From the NCBI GenBank assembly GCA_007376265.1, contig VMFW01000002.1, positions 13,970 to 77,969 on the forward strand: 64,000 nt of DNA, given 5' to 3'. The DNA comes from Parcubacteria group bacterium Gr01-1014_20 (GTDB lineage Bacteria > Patescibacteriota > Minisyncoccia > UBA6257 > 2-01-FULL-56-20). Shown piece after piece: positions 18,870 through 28,679 of this stretch. Under the pieces are notes generated by a model. The model was given only the letters and a program-made list of their open reading frames with translations, did not search any database and had not been told where the DNA came from. Each line of letters opens with the position of its first letter. The stretch's first letter is position 1. A program made the translations under genes and the position numbers.

Positions 18870-21800
18870 CTAAGGTTGAACGATTCTCAAAAGTGATTGG
18901 AGCTGCCTGGCAACCCCCTCTAGCTGGGCGCCAATTGATTCAATGAGCGATGATGAAAGTGGCTGCCCTATTGGTAATTTAGGAGGTAATTTTGGAGACG
19001 TTGGAGATGTCTTCGTCGGGAAACCTGTCGGCACCCTTAAAATCTTCTCATCGAGGGAAACAGCGCCAAGAATCTTCACAGTCGATGCATCGACCCCTGA
19101 AACTTTGGGTCTAAATTTTAAATTTACCACACCGGTAGAACCCGAAGGAACCCTTACTCCACCTTCCTGATCGTAGATACCCACCTTAGCCCCGCCTCCC
19201 TGAACACCCGTTTGAACCTCGAAATCTTGGAACTGGGAGTTTTTTTCCACTCCGACAAATTCAAGTTTGTTCAGGTCAAATGAAAAATTAATTTGTAAAC
19301 CAATAAGGGGCGCATTCGTGTTTACACTCAAGGGAACCGAAATTAGTCCGTCTGCACTTGTAGTTCCTGAACTCAAACTCACCGAAGCCGAAGCGGTACT
19401 CTCTGGATCAGCCGTGCAATCCGGCACCGGCCCGCCCCTAAAAGCATGATCTATGAGATGAACCACATCGATAATATTAATCACACCGTCAGCATTCAAG
19501 TCCCCAATCCACCTTGGACTTGGTTCCGGCCCGCCCCTAAAAGCATGATCTATGAGATGAACCACATCGATAATATTAATCACACCATTATTATCAAGAT
19601 CCCCGCAACGAAAACCGCCGGTCAAATCAAGAGAATAAAGATCAAGTGCATAACCTCCTTGAATATCCGAATTTCTAGCATCCGGCCAAACAACTCGAGT
19701 CCCGTAAATTACTGGCGTCGTCTGGGCCGACCCTTCGTAAGTAACTCGGCTTTCAGTGTTAGTTGAAAGATCGTACATATAAACGTCATCATTTCCTGTA
19801 GTGTCCAAATACCAAACTATCTTACTTCCATAAATATCCGGCCTAAGTTTTTTACTTGTTCCAGAACTAATTCTAGTCTCAAGCCCAGTTGCAATGTCAT
19901 ACATATAAATATTTTCGTTCGTGCCATCGCGCTTATCCTCATAAACCACTTTGTCACCATAAATTGCCGGGTTAGTCTGGTTAGCGGTGCTGGTTGTTAA
20001 CCTCGTCATAGCCACAGTCGAAACATCGTACATATAAATATCGAAGTTGCCATTCCGGTTGTCCTCCCAAACAATTCTATTTCCCCAAATATCCGGCGCG
20101 CGTTGGAAAGCCGTGCTAGTTGTAATCCGAGTTTCAAAAAAGGTAGAAAGTTTTCGCATATAAATATCCGGAACCCCACTGCCAGACCACCTTTCGTCCG
20201 CCCAGACTACATAATCCCCATAAATCGCCGGAGCTTCCTGATCCTTGAGGCTCGTCGAAATCGCCGTTTCAACCCCAGTTGAGAGGTTTTTCATGTAAAT
20301 ATCGCCGCCGTTTGATGCGTCATTTCGGTGATCTTCCCAAACCACCAGATCTTCATAGACAGCAGGCAAAACCGTGCCGTAGATTGGGTGTGAAGCCACC
20401 TCCGTCGTTGTCCCACTTAAAAGGTTATAAAGATAAATCCGCCTCACCCCGTTGCTCCAATCTTCGTACACCACCTTATCACCCCATATTGCTGGCGATT
20501 GTTGGTTGTCATAGCCACTCACAACTTTAGTGATCTGATTCAACAAAGACGCCTTCCTCTGGGTTGTTAGTCCGGCATAAGTCGTTATAACCTTGACCTC
20601 CTTATCGTACTGACCCGGAGAAACAATCGAGGTTGAGTAATCGGTTCCCGAAGCAGCCTGCAAAACCCCGTCCTCGTACCACTGATAGGTGCACCCACTA
20701 CAAGTGCCCGGTAGACTGCCCGGACTCGTCGAAAACGCCCTAAAGTAAACCGCCTGACCAGAAATGACCTGAAGCTCACGGTTCGTGCTAGTGGGGTTGG
20801 GACTAAAACCTGCGTAAAGATCAACCTTGGGCGTCCCCTTAACTTTCAAGGCAACCATGTCTCGCCCCGAATTACCCTGCATATCCGTCACGGTTAGACG
20901 CAGAATATAATAACCGTCATTAACTAAACCGGACGTGTCCCAACCGGAAAAAAGCAACTCAGTGGGTGGCAAAACATTTGACGAGTGAATCGGAATCCAA
21001 TTGTTAGTTTGATAATCCGTTGATTTTATGTAATCCAAACTGTAACTCGCAAAATCCGGCCCTTCAACCCGACCCTGAATGTCCGTAAGTCCTGAAACAA
21101 TTCCGTAGCTATAACTTGAAGTCGGCACCTCGAGCTTTGCAAAAAGCGAAAAATCTTTGGTAAGTGAATCCAAAGCGTCAATTCTTCCCCATCCTCCCGT
21201 AAAGATGGGATGTCCAACATTGTGAGTGCCGTTTTTGATAGCGTAGACTATTCTTTCTGATGACCAGGCAGGGTGAGCTTGTTTCAAAAGTGCCGCCAGC
21301 CCCGCTACGTGAGGCGTCGCCATACTTGTCGCTCCATTCTGAAAGTGCAGGGTATCAAAACACGGCTGTAGGTCCGGATTACTAATCCACGGCTCTACAC
21401 TGTCCCATCTTGCTGAACAAATAAAGGCGCCTGGCGCCACCAGGTCCGGTTTTAAAACTATCCCATCAGCCTGACTTCCAGTCTTGTAGTAAGCCGGACC
21501 GCGAGAGCTAATCGCTAAAATCTGGTCTTGAACTGGGTTAATGTCGTAATCATAAAAGAAAGAGCTGGAAGGATAGTTAATTTTGTAAGCAGCTCCAACT
21601 GCTATAACTTTGACCGCATCGGCCGGACTAGTCACCGCGTTCTCACCGCTATCCACGTCACCGTTTCCATAATTCCCAGCCGAAGCCACTACCACCACCC
21701 CCAAAGCTACTGCGTTATCTGCCGCAACCGACGTAGGAGAGTTGGGCGAGTGCAAGCCCCCTAAACTTAAATTAATCACGTCGAGATGATCTGCAAAATC

Positions 21801-22874
21801 ACCGTCCTGATTCGGGTCAACCGATCGTTCTATGGCCGCAATAACGTTTGGTATATAACCCAAGTTTTGAGAATTTAGAACCTTATAAACGTAGATGGTC
21901 GAGCTCGGCGCTACTCCCCTCAAAACACCATCGGCGGCGGCAATCCCAGCCACATGTGTGCCGTGATAATGATCGTCCATCGGGTCGGCGTCGTTGTTCA
22001 CAAAATCCCACCCTCCCCCAATCTTCGGGCAAGTTCCAGCCAAAATTTGCGGCGTGGTGCAGGATCCAAAATCCGGATGAGTGTAATCAATACCGCTATC
22101 AATCACTCCAATCCGAGCTCCCTGACCATTCAAACACGGCTGCCCCGAAGTCGCGCAACTCGCACCGTTTGCGTCCAATCCCCAAGACAAGTCCGCCTTT
22201 ATAAGCGGCACCGAATCCATAAGCGCGCCATAAAAAACATACTCCGGGTAAACCGCCTCCACCTCCGGCATCTTTTCAATTTTCTTAATATCCTCCGCCG
22301 AAAGAACGTTGACTGAAAAACCATTAAACACGTCCTTAAATTCACGAATTACCTTAACGCGAGAAACCGACTTAGAGAGAGTTGGCAGAAAAGATTTGTG
22401 CTTACTCAAAACGGCCGAACGATAATTCTTAACCTCTTGCTTCAAACTCTGTTGGACACTGAACAAATTAGCTGATTGGCTGACGGCCACCTCCTTTTCT
22501 CGCCTCACCTTATACTCTGAAACAGACGGGTCCTTAAGTTTAATTGTGTATCCGACAATCTCTCGCTCTTTTGGTAAACCGAGTGCTCGAACCGAGGCGC
22601 TTTTCGGCGGAACAGCTGACTCCTGAAGACTGACGAGCATCGATAAATCGCTAACCTTTTTCTTCAACTCCTCAATCTGTAATCTCAGACCATCCAAGTT
22701 CAAGGCAGTAGGAGAAAAAGTGGGACTCACAACCTTAGTCGAACCATCAATGGGTTGCTTCTTAATACTGTAGGGGTCGCTTTTGGAATACGGTACGTTT
22801 AAAGCCGAAACAAACCCCGGCAAAATGAAAATCGCCAAAAGACCAAAGAACAAAAACCTAAAAAATGTTCTCAT
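18870..22874 (-). CDS. giant secreted S8 subtilisin-like protease with ~8 TolB-type beta-propeller repeats, a dockerin-like pair, a cohesin-like domain and a C-terminal amphipathic helix
   Basis: Catalytic triad motifs IGVIDSGIDYTHPDF, HGTHVAGIAAADG and GTSMATPHVAGLAALL; repeats of the PAIWGDKVVYED/IYxxxL type; CGDLDNNGVINIIDVVHLIDHAFRGGP x2; cohesin-like LISVPLSVNTNAPLIGLQINFSFDLNKLEFVGVE; 4-nt ATGA overlap with tktC. Confidence 0.85.
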   Translation of the reverse strand: MRTFFRFLFFGLLAIFILPGFVSALNVPYSKSDPYSIKKQPIDGSTKVVSPTFSPTALNLDGLRLQIEELKKKVSDLSMLVSLQESAVPPKSASVRALGLPKEREIVGYTIKLKDPSVSEYKVRREKEVAVSQSANLFSVQQSLKQEVKNYRSAVLSKHKSFLPTLSKSVSRVKVIREFKDVFNGFSVNVLSAEDIKKIEKMPEVEAVYPEYVFYGALMDSVPLIKADLSWGLDANGASCATSGQPCLNGQGARIGVIDSGIDYTHPDFGSCTTPQILAGTCPKIGGGWDFVNNDADPMDDHYHGTHVAGIAAADGVLRGVAPSSTIYVYKVLNSQNLGYIPNVIAAIERSVDPNQDGDFADHLDVINLSLGGLHSPNSPTSVAADNAVALGVVVVASAGNYGNGDVDSGENAVTSPADAVKVIAVGAAYKINYPSSSFFYDYDINPVQDQILAISSRGPAYYKTGSQADGIVLKPDLVAPGAFICSARWDSVEPWISNPDLQPCFDTLHFQNGATSMATPHVAGLAALLKQAHPAWSSERIVYAIKNGTHNVGHPIFTGGWGRIDALDSLTKDFSLFAKLEVPTSSYSYGIVSGLTDIQGRVEGPDFASYSLDYIKSTDYQTNNWIPIHSSNVLPPTELLFSGWDTSGLVNDGYYILRLTVTDMQGNSGRDMVALKVKGTPKVDLYAGFSPNPTSTNRELQVISGQAVYFRAFSTSPGSLPGTCSGCTYQWYEDGVLQAASGTDYSTSIVSPGQYDKEVKVITTYAGLTTQRKASLLNQITKVVSGYDNQQSPAIWGDKVVYEDWSNGVRRIYLYNLLSGTTTEVASHPIYGTVLPAVYEDLVVWEDHRNDASNGGDIYMKNLSTGVETAISTSLKDQEAPAIYGDYVVWADERWSGSGVPDIYMRKLSTFFETRITTSTAFQRAPDIWGNRIVWEDNRNGNFDIYMYDVSTVAMTRLTTSTANQTNPAIYGDKVVYEDKRDGTNENIYMYDIATGLETRISSGTSKKLRPDIYGSKIVWYLDTTGNDDVYMYDLSTNTESRVTYEGSAQTTPVIYGTRVVWPDARNSDIQGGYALDLYSLDLTGGFRCGDLDNNGVINIIDVVHLIDHAFRGGPEPSPRWIGDLNADGVINIIDVVHLIDHAFRGGPVPDCTADPESTASASVSLSSGTTSADGLISVPLSVNTNAPLIGLQINFSFDLNKLEFVGVEKNSQFQDFEVQTGVQGGGAKVGIYDQEGGVRVPSGSTGVVNLKFRPKVSGVDASTVKILGAVSLDEKILRVPTGFPTKTSPTSPKLPPKLPIGQPLSSSLIESIGAQLEGVARQLQSLLRIVQP

Positions 22875-23872
22875 TTCCTCCTTACAACCCTTTTAACCGC
22901 CGCCTTAATATCCTTCACTCCCATCTCATACTTCTCAATTAATTCTACCGCTTTTCCGGATTCCCCAAAAGTGTCTTGCATCCCTATAAACTCTATCGGC
23001 GTTGGGGCGTGTTTCGCCAAAACTTCGGCCACTGCCCCGCCCAAACCTCCAATAACCTGGTGCTCCTCAACGGTCACCACCGCCCGAGCTTTTTTTGCCA
23101 GTTCAATAATTTTCTTCCCATCCAACGGCTTTATGGTGTGGCAATTCAAAACCACCGAACTAATTTTATCTTTCTCTAAGTCCCTGGCCGCCACTAGGAC
23201 ATTATATAAAAGGGGTCCCGCTCCAATAATCAAAACATCCGGATTTTTCCTACCTGGAGTCTCCCATAAAACTTCAGCCTTTCCCGGAGTAAACGAAGAA
23301 TTCTCCGTCGTAAAAAGATGGGTTTTTTCTCTGCCTACTCGCAGATAAATCGGTCCAAAAACCTTGGCCGCCGCGAGCGTGGCTTTCTTGGCTTCAATCG
23401 CGTCGCACGGCACGAACACCTTCATATTCGCCATCACCCGCATGGTTGTAATATCTTCAATCGCCTGATGCGTCGCACCGTCTGGTCCCACTGAAATCCC
23501 AGAGTGCGCCCCAACAATTTTCACGTTTGAATTATTATAAGCAATCGTAGTTCTAATCTGTTCCCAATTTCTACCTGGACTGAAAGTCGCGTATGAAGCA
23601 ATGAAAGGAATCTTTCCCGAAACCCCCAAACCAGATCCAATCGTCGCCAAATTCTGTTCCGCCACCCCCATCTCAAAAAATCTCTCCGGAAACTTTTTAG
23701 CGAACGCCTCCATCCGAGTCGATTCAGTAAGGTCCGCGCAGAGTGCCACCACATTTTTATCTTTTTCTCCGGCCATGATTAATCCTTCACCAAATCCGTC
23801 ACGGGTGGCCACCATCTTTACTTTTTTATCGTCAAACAAATCCGGATTAAGTTTTGCTAATGGGTTCAACAT
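22871..23872 (-). CDS. tktB: transketolase, C-terminal subunit (pyrimidine-binding and C-terminal domains)
   Basis: Split-transketolase C half: FEMGVAEQNLATIGSGL...GISVGPDGATHQAIEDI. Confidence 0.9.
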   Translation of the reverse strand: MLNPLAKLNPDLFDDKKVKMVATRDGFGEGLIMAGEKDKNVVALCADLTESTRMEAFAKKFPERFFEMGVAEQNLATIGSGLGVSGKIPFIASYATFSPGRNWEQIRTTIAYNNSNVKIVGAHSGISVGPDGATHQAIEDITTMRVMANMKVFVPCDAIEAKKATLAAAKVFGPIYLRVGREKTHLFTTENSSFTPGKAEVLWETPGRKNPDVLIIGAGPLLYNVLVAARDLEKDKISSVVLNCHTIKPLDGKKIIELAKKARAVVTVEEHQVIGGLGGAVAEVLAKHAPTPIEFIGMQDTFGESGKAVELIEKYEMGVKDIKAAVKRVVRRK

Positions 23873-23906
23873 AAAATTGTCTCAAATAAAGTAATTTCAG
23901 AAAAAT

Positions 23907-24779
23907 TTAGCCACCATGAATTTTTCGACCAATTGCTTCTAATTCTTTTAACGCTAACCTGGCCTGTTCCGCGTTAGGCGGTATCCCGTGCCATTTGTAA
24001 TCGTTTTCCATAAAACTCACGCCTTTCCCGGGGATGGTGTGCGCAATAATCATCGTTGGTTTCTCGTGAATCGCTTTGGCTTCCGCCACAGCATCCACAA
24101 TGTGTTCAAAATTATGTCCGTCAATTTCAATCACGTGCCAATTAAAAGCCTCATACTTTGCCCGAAAAGGCTCAAGTGGCATTATCTCTTCCGTGTTGCC
24201 GTCAATCTGAATATTGTTCCGGTCAACCACGGCTGTGAGGTTGCTCAAGCGATACTTGCCGGCAAACATCACCGCCTCCCATGTATTTCCCTCCTGGTGC
24301 TCGCCATCCGAGGTTAAGCAATAAGTTCGATATTTTTTACCATCCAGTCTTCCAGCCAAAGTTATGCCGATTGCTTGAGAAAGCCCCGAACCCAAAGGCC
24401 CGGAGGTTGTTTCCAGTCCCGGTAGGGCTGTTCGGTGAGGATGACCCTGTAGCCTTGAGTTAATTTTTCGCAAGGTTTTTAGCTCTTCAATAGGAAAATA
24501 CCCAGCTCGCGCCATTGTTGCATATAAAACGGGGCAAATGTGGCCGTTCGAAAGCACGAGCCTATCCCTATCTGGCCAGCCTGGTTTCTTGGGGTTTTGA
24601 TTTAAAATATGAAAATAAAAAGCCGTAAAAATATCGGCCATCCCCAAAGGCCCAGCCGAATGCCCTGAACCAGCCTCAAGAAGCATCCGAATAATATCCT
24701 GGCGAATCCGGTTCGCCGTCATCTCCAAAAACTCTATCTTCTTATCGTTTAATCCTTGCATAAAATTAAAACTGCTCAA
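23907..24779 (-). CDS. tktA: transketolase, N-terminal subunit (TPP-binding)
   Basis: GHSAGPLGMADIF, GDGE and HTIPGKGVSFMEN motifs. Confidence 0.9.
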   Translation of the reverse strand: MSSFNFMQGLNDKKIEFLEMTANRIRQDIIRMLLEAGSGHSAGPLGMADIFTAFYFHILNQNPKKPGWPDRDRLVLSNGHICPVLYATMARAGYFPIEELKTLRKINSRLQGHPHRTALPGLETTSGPLGSGLSQAIGITLAGRLDGKKYRTYCLTSDGEHQEGNTWEAVMFAGKYRLSNLTAVVDRNNIQIDGNTEEIMPLEPFRAKYEAFNWHVIEIDGHNFEHIVDAVAEAKAIHEKPTMIIAHTIPGKGVSFMENDYKWHGIPPNAEQARLALKELEAIGRKIHGG

Positions 24780-24805
24780 AATCTAAAAAGAATAAATTAC
24801 GCCGT

Positions 24806-25495
24806 TCAAATCTTCGCCAACTCGGCGTAAGCCGCTGTCGGATTCTTGGCTTGAAAAATATAGTTCGCGGCTATCAAAACATCAGCCCCAGCCTCACGAC
24901 ACAACTTACCAGTTTCCAAATTAATACCACCGTCAACTTCAATTATAGCATCACGTCTAGAATGCCTAATAAATCTTATCTTATCGATTGCTACCGGCAA
25001 AAACTTCTGCCCAGCCAACCCTGGCCTTACCGCTAAAACTTGGAAGAAGGAAAAAAAGTTCAGATACCTTTCTAAAAAGCCAATTGGGGTTTCGGGGTTG
25101 TTCGAAAGCATAAGCTGAATCCCTTCCTTTCGGCACAACTCGACTGTTTCTTCAATAATTTTATCCGGATCAAATTTTTGCTTTCTAAAACGCGGATCAA
25201 TGAGAGCCTCTAAATGAACGAGGATTCTTTTCGCTCCTCCGGCAATCCAATCTTTAATTACCGCCTCTGGCTCCTCAACCATCAGATGAATCTCGGTGTT
25301 AAACTCGAGTTCGGGGTGAGCCTCAAAAAGCGCGGTGAGCTCCTTCGGATTTCCCCAGGTTTTATTGTAGGTAAATTTTGCGTCCGCTACATCAATATGA
25401 ATCCACCCATCTTTCGGTAAAAAACTTTTTGCCTTGAGCAACTTCTCGGAAACACAGGGCAGATCCAAACAATTTATCGCTGGTATCACCTGCAT
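24806..25495 (-). CDS. rpe: ribulose-phosphate 3-epimerase
   Basis: TIM-barrel RPE pattern: PAINCLD, HIDVAD, HLMVEEP, VDGGIN. Confidence 0.8.
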   Translation of the reverse strand: MQVIPAINCLDLPCVSEKLLKAKSFLPKDGWIHIDVADAKFTYNKTWGNPKELTALFEAHPELEFNTEIHLMVEEPEAVIKDWIAGGAKRILVHLEALIDPRFRKQKFDPDKIIEETVELCRKEGIQLMLSNNPETPIGFLERYLNFFSFFQVLAVRPGLAGQKFLPVAIDKIRFIRHSRRDAIIEVDGGINLETGKLCREAGADVLIAANYIFQAKNPTAAYAELAKI

Positions 25496-25500
25496 GATTT

Positions 25501-25962
25501 TTAGCTGTTTTTTATCTCCTCCTCAATTTGGGAAATCTTGTCTAACCTTCTTTGATATCTCTCCTCGCCACCAAATTGAGTTTCCAAAAAAACCTGAACC
25601 ATTTTCTTGGCGTCTTCTTCGTTAGTAAAGGTAGATGAAATCGAAAGAATATTCACGCCGTCATCGTGTTTGGCGTCATAAACTTGATCCGAAGTTATTC
25701 CTAAAACCGACCTGGCTCCGGGAAATTTATTAGCCACAATGTCTACCCCCGCCCCCGAGCCACAAACCAAAACCCCAATCGTGCTATCCCCGCCCAAGGA
25801 AACCTTTTTGGCCACTCCGCTCGCAAAGTCTGGATAATCATCGTCTTTATCGTAATGATCGTTCCCAACATCCACCACCTCAAACCCCTGATCCTTAACA
25901 AAACTTTTCAAAGTTTCTTTTAAAGTAAATCCCCGATGATCCGCTCCAAAATAAATAACCAT
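25501..25962 (-). CDS. rpiB: ribose-5-phosphate isomerase B
   Basis: MVIYFGADHRGF...GVLVCGSGAGVDIVANKFPGARS (RpiB/LacAB family). Confidence 0.85.
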   Translation of the reverse strand: MVIYFGADHRGFTLKETLKSFVKDQGFEVVDVGNDHYDKDDDYPDFASGVAKKVSLGGDSTIGVLVCGSGAGVDIVANKFPGARSVLGITSDQVYDAKHDDGVNILSISSTFTNEEDAKKMVQVFLETQFGGEERYQRRLDKISQIEEEIKNS

Positions 25963-25984
25963 TGATAAAATTATAGCACAACCA

Positions 25985-26012
25985 AAAAACTCCGGTTCGC
26001 GGAGTTTTTTGG
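25985..26012. terminator. bidirectional hairpin AAAAAACTCCG-GTTCG-CGGAGTTTTTT
   Basis: A- and T-runs flank a 7-bp stem; lies between the 825-aa protein gene end and the rpiB start. Confidence 0.6.
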
Positions 26013-26030
26013 TTAAAGTCTATACTAAAC

Positions 26031-28508
26031 CTACTGCGGAAAAGTAAAGCTTACGTCTTCCTTAACAATAATCTCGTAACCTTTGCTAGGCTTTAAATTA
26101 GTCAGACCCAAATTTGATCCGGGAATCCAAAAATCTCCTTTGATGTCTTTAACAATGCTGATCTTATCTTTAATAGAAGAAAAAAAGCTCTCAACTCCGG
26201 TCTCAAAAGTTAACGGGTACCCGATGTAGTTGGGAAAACTATCACCTTTGTAAAGTTTTGTTGTAAGCCCCACCGGTCCGTAACCATAAATATACATCGA
26301 GAAAGCCCTAGTGGTGTAAAGTTTATAACCCTTACCAAACTCTACCACCTTGAGAGTCTCAATATTCTTTGATGGTTCGAAAACCAAATCTTGCGTCCCC
26401 TCGGTTGTTTTTATTACATCTATGTAGCTCAACCAATCCTTAAATATGCTTCGCACCTCCCTGCCCGAACCCTCCGGCAACCGGTGAAAAGAAATAAAAT
26501 TCCAACCTGGATCGACATTGATCGCTTGATAGCCAGCCGTCTGCCCAGATACGTTCACATTAAAACTATGAGTATCTAATCCTCCTTTCCCGTCTTGTAC
26601 CGTTACCGCTACTTTGTAAGTGCCAGCGAAAGACCAAGCGTGAGAGACATTCATTGTTCCACAGGTATCGGTTGTAAGTTCAGTAGCCGAAACGGCGCAA
26701 GCCATTCCCATGCCTGGCGAACCATCTCCCCAACCTACCGACCAACTCATCACGTCTCCATCAGGATCTTTCGCACTCCACGAAAAATTGACGGCCTGCC
26801 CAACCAAAATTTGCGAAGGAATGGATGGCACTCCCACAATTTCTGGAGAATGGTTAGTTGAAACTGAACCACCCACCACCACACTCATACTCGTCTTCGC
26901 TTGTTGTCCCTTGTCATCCGTCACGTAGAAAATCGGCGTATAGGTTCCTCCATTGCTATACGAATGAGTGAAGGTAGCTGTGTTCTGAACAGACAAAGCT
27001 TTCGGCGCAGCGCCAAGATAATTATTTGCGGTAGGTTCATCCCCCCAAATCACCGAATAACTCAAACTGCCATTTTCCGGATCATAGGCTTTCACCGTCC
27101 AAGTTCCCATCTCGCTAACTTTTAAAGTCGTCGGCCCGCTCACCCCCGAAACCACCGGCGGCAAATTATTTGGATTTATTATTGACTCGCCAATCACAAA
27201 CACCGCGCTCCGGCCACTCATTCCTCCATCCGCTGCTGAAACGGTGATAATCACTTTGTTCCGATATTGTTGTCCCAAATCCACCGGAACCGTCCATTCA
27301 AAAAGCCCGTCATTATCCGTTTTTTCAGAAATCACATACGGCATCGGCTCGGCCATCAAACATGCTACTTGTGGATTGTCGTATAAACAAGAAATGTATT
27401 TATGAAGTGTGATCTTCACCGCCCCAATCGGAGCAAAAGTTGTATTGGCTACCCCTGCCGATACAGACCCCTGTCCACTCACCGTTGGTTCACCCAAGGG
27501 TTTTAAGCTAGTCAAGGTCGGCCACACCTGACTCCAAGCAATTTTGTAAGTCTGTCCTGGTTGCCAAGTTTCTCCCGATGAAGGCGAGTAAACTTTGAAC
27601 CCACCCTGCTCTGGCCATGGTCGTGGCGTCGGCGGAATCGGGCAACGCATTGTCACTCCAGGAACAGACCCCGACCCCGTTGACTGCAATACTCCCACCC
27701 CTCCCGAACCGGATCCGACCGATCCATCCGACACTACTTCCAGCTTCGCCTCAATTCGTTGTTTAGTTTCGATGTCTAGTACGCCCGTTGCGGAAAGTCC
27801 CGCTTGAGTCTGGAATTTTGTGACTGCCTTCGCAGTCAGAGGTCCATAATAACCCGTCACCAATCCTTCGGGATAAATCGTGGGATCAATTTTCAAAAAT
27901 TCCTGAACGACTTTCACCGATTCACCACTGTAACCGACTTTGGTTCCAGCCTCCGGCAAAACACATCCTGCCATACCTAAAATCACTTTCTTCGCTGTGA
28001 ATCCCCAAAAGCCACCCTCAATGTTGTGCCACTGCAACTGTCCCCAAAGCGTCACCCTCTGGCCCTCTGATTTCTTGAGTTCTACCAACACTTGGTCGTT
28101 CACCGCCTTCACCAAATAACTCTTTCCGCCTTGAGTCGGATAAGTCAATCTCGTCGGTTCAACAATTTTATGTGTCCCCCACATATAAATCGACAATAAC
28201 CCATCGGATCCTTGTGCCGAAAGCACTCCGCTTATGGTATCCCACCCCCGCTCCGGTTCTATCGGTTTAACCACTGTCGGAAAAATGGGTTTGCTCTGTC
28301 CCCGCAAAGAATCCAGCTGTGCTTGCAAACTCTTAATAAGCTCCATCAGGGAGTTTATCTGTTTTTGCATGGCTTCAATGGATGCATTGCTATTTCGGCT
28401 CTGCATTTCCTCTTCTATATTCACCGTAGCCGACACCCGAGCCATCGGGGCGACAAGCGTTAACACCATCGCTCCTAACACCAAACCACCAATTACTTTT
28501 TTGCTCAT
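26031..28508 (-). CDS. secreted 825-aa protein: signal peptide, N-terminal heptad helix, peptidoglycan-binding-like domain, PKD-like repeats, unknown C-terminal domain
   Basis: IEAMQKQINSLMELIKSLQAQLDSLRG after the signal peptide; PG_binding_1-like GYSGESVKVVQEFLKID...GPLTAKAVTKFQ; SWSVGWGDGSPG PKD motif. Confidence 0.8.
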   Translation of the reverse strand: MSKKVIGGLVLGAMVLTLVAPMARVSATVNIEEEMQSRNSNASIEAMQKQINSLMELIKSLQAQLDSLRGQSKPIFPTVVKPIEPERGWDTISGVLSAQGSDGLLSIYMWGTHKIVEPTRLTYPTQGGKSYLVKAVNDQVLVELKKSEGQRVTLWGQLQWHNIEGGFWGFTAKKVILGMAGCVLPEAGTKVGYSGESVKVVQEFLKIDPTIYPEGLVTGYYGPLTAKAVTKFQTQAGLSATGVLDIETKQRIEAKLEVVSDGSVGSGSGGVGVLQSTGSGSVPGVTMRCPIPPTPRPWPEQGGFKVYSPSSGETWQPGQTYKIAWSQVWPTLTSLKPLGEPTVSGQGSVSAGVANTTFAPIGAVKITLHKYISCLYDNPQVACLMAEPMPYVISEKTDNDGLFEWTVPVDLGQQYRNKVIITVSAADGGMSGRSAVFVIGESIINPNNLPPVVSGVSGPTTLKVSEMGTWTVKAYDPENGSLSYSVIWGDEPTANNYLGAAPKALSVQNTATFTHSYSNGGTYTPIFYVTDDKGQQAKTSMSVVVGGSVSTNHSPEIVGVPSIPSQILVGQAVNFSWSAKDPDGDVMSWSVGWGDGSPGMGMACAVSATELTTDTCGTMNVSHAWSFAGTYKVAVTVQDGKGGLDTHSFNVNVSGQTAGYQAINVDPGWNFISFHRLPEGSGREVRSIFKDWLSYIDVIKTTEGTQDLVFEPSKNIETLKVVEFGKGYKLYTTRAFSMYIYGYGPVGLTTKLYKGDSFPNYIGYPLTFETGVESFFSSIKDKISIVKDIKGDFWIPGSNLGLTNLKPSKGYEIIVKEDVSFTFPQ

Positions 28509-28679
28509 ATTTTTTATTAAAACTTAAGACCTTTTTTATATACGTCCTGCTTCATGATTCACGTTGCATGACCCATGTCTATGCCTAATTATACGCCAAA
28601 AATCTGCAAATGTTACCAACAAAATACAGACGGGGTTTACCGTCTGCATTTTGCCCATAAAGCAACTGAGCTAACTACT

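Noticed and set aside
13717-19600. Tandem repeats considered as possible CRISPR arrays
   Set aside because: All tandem repeats seen (7-bp x4.6 at 13717, 61-bp x2 at 19425, ~370-bp x3 at 45950..46770) are intragenic and in-frame protein repeats without spacer architecture; no cas genes are present.
22971-23348. 125-aa and 67-aa plus-strand ORFs
   Set aside because: They are antisense to the well-conserved transketolase C-terminal subunit gene.
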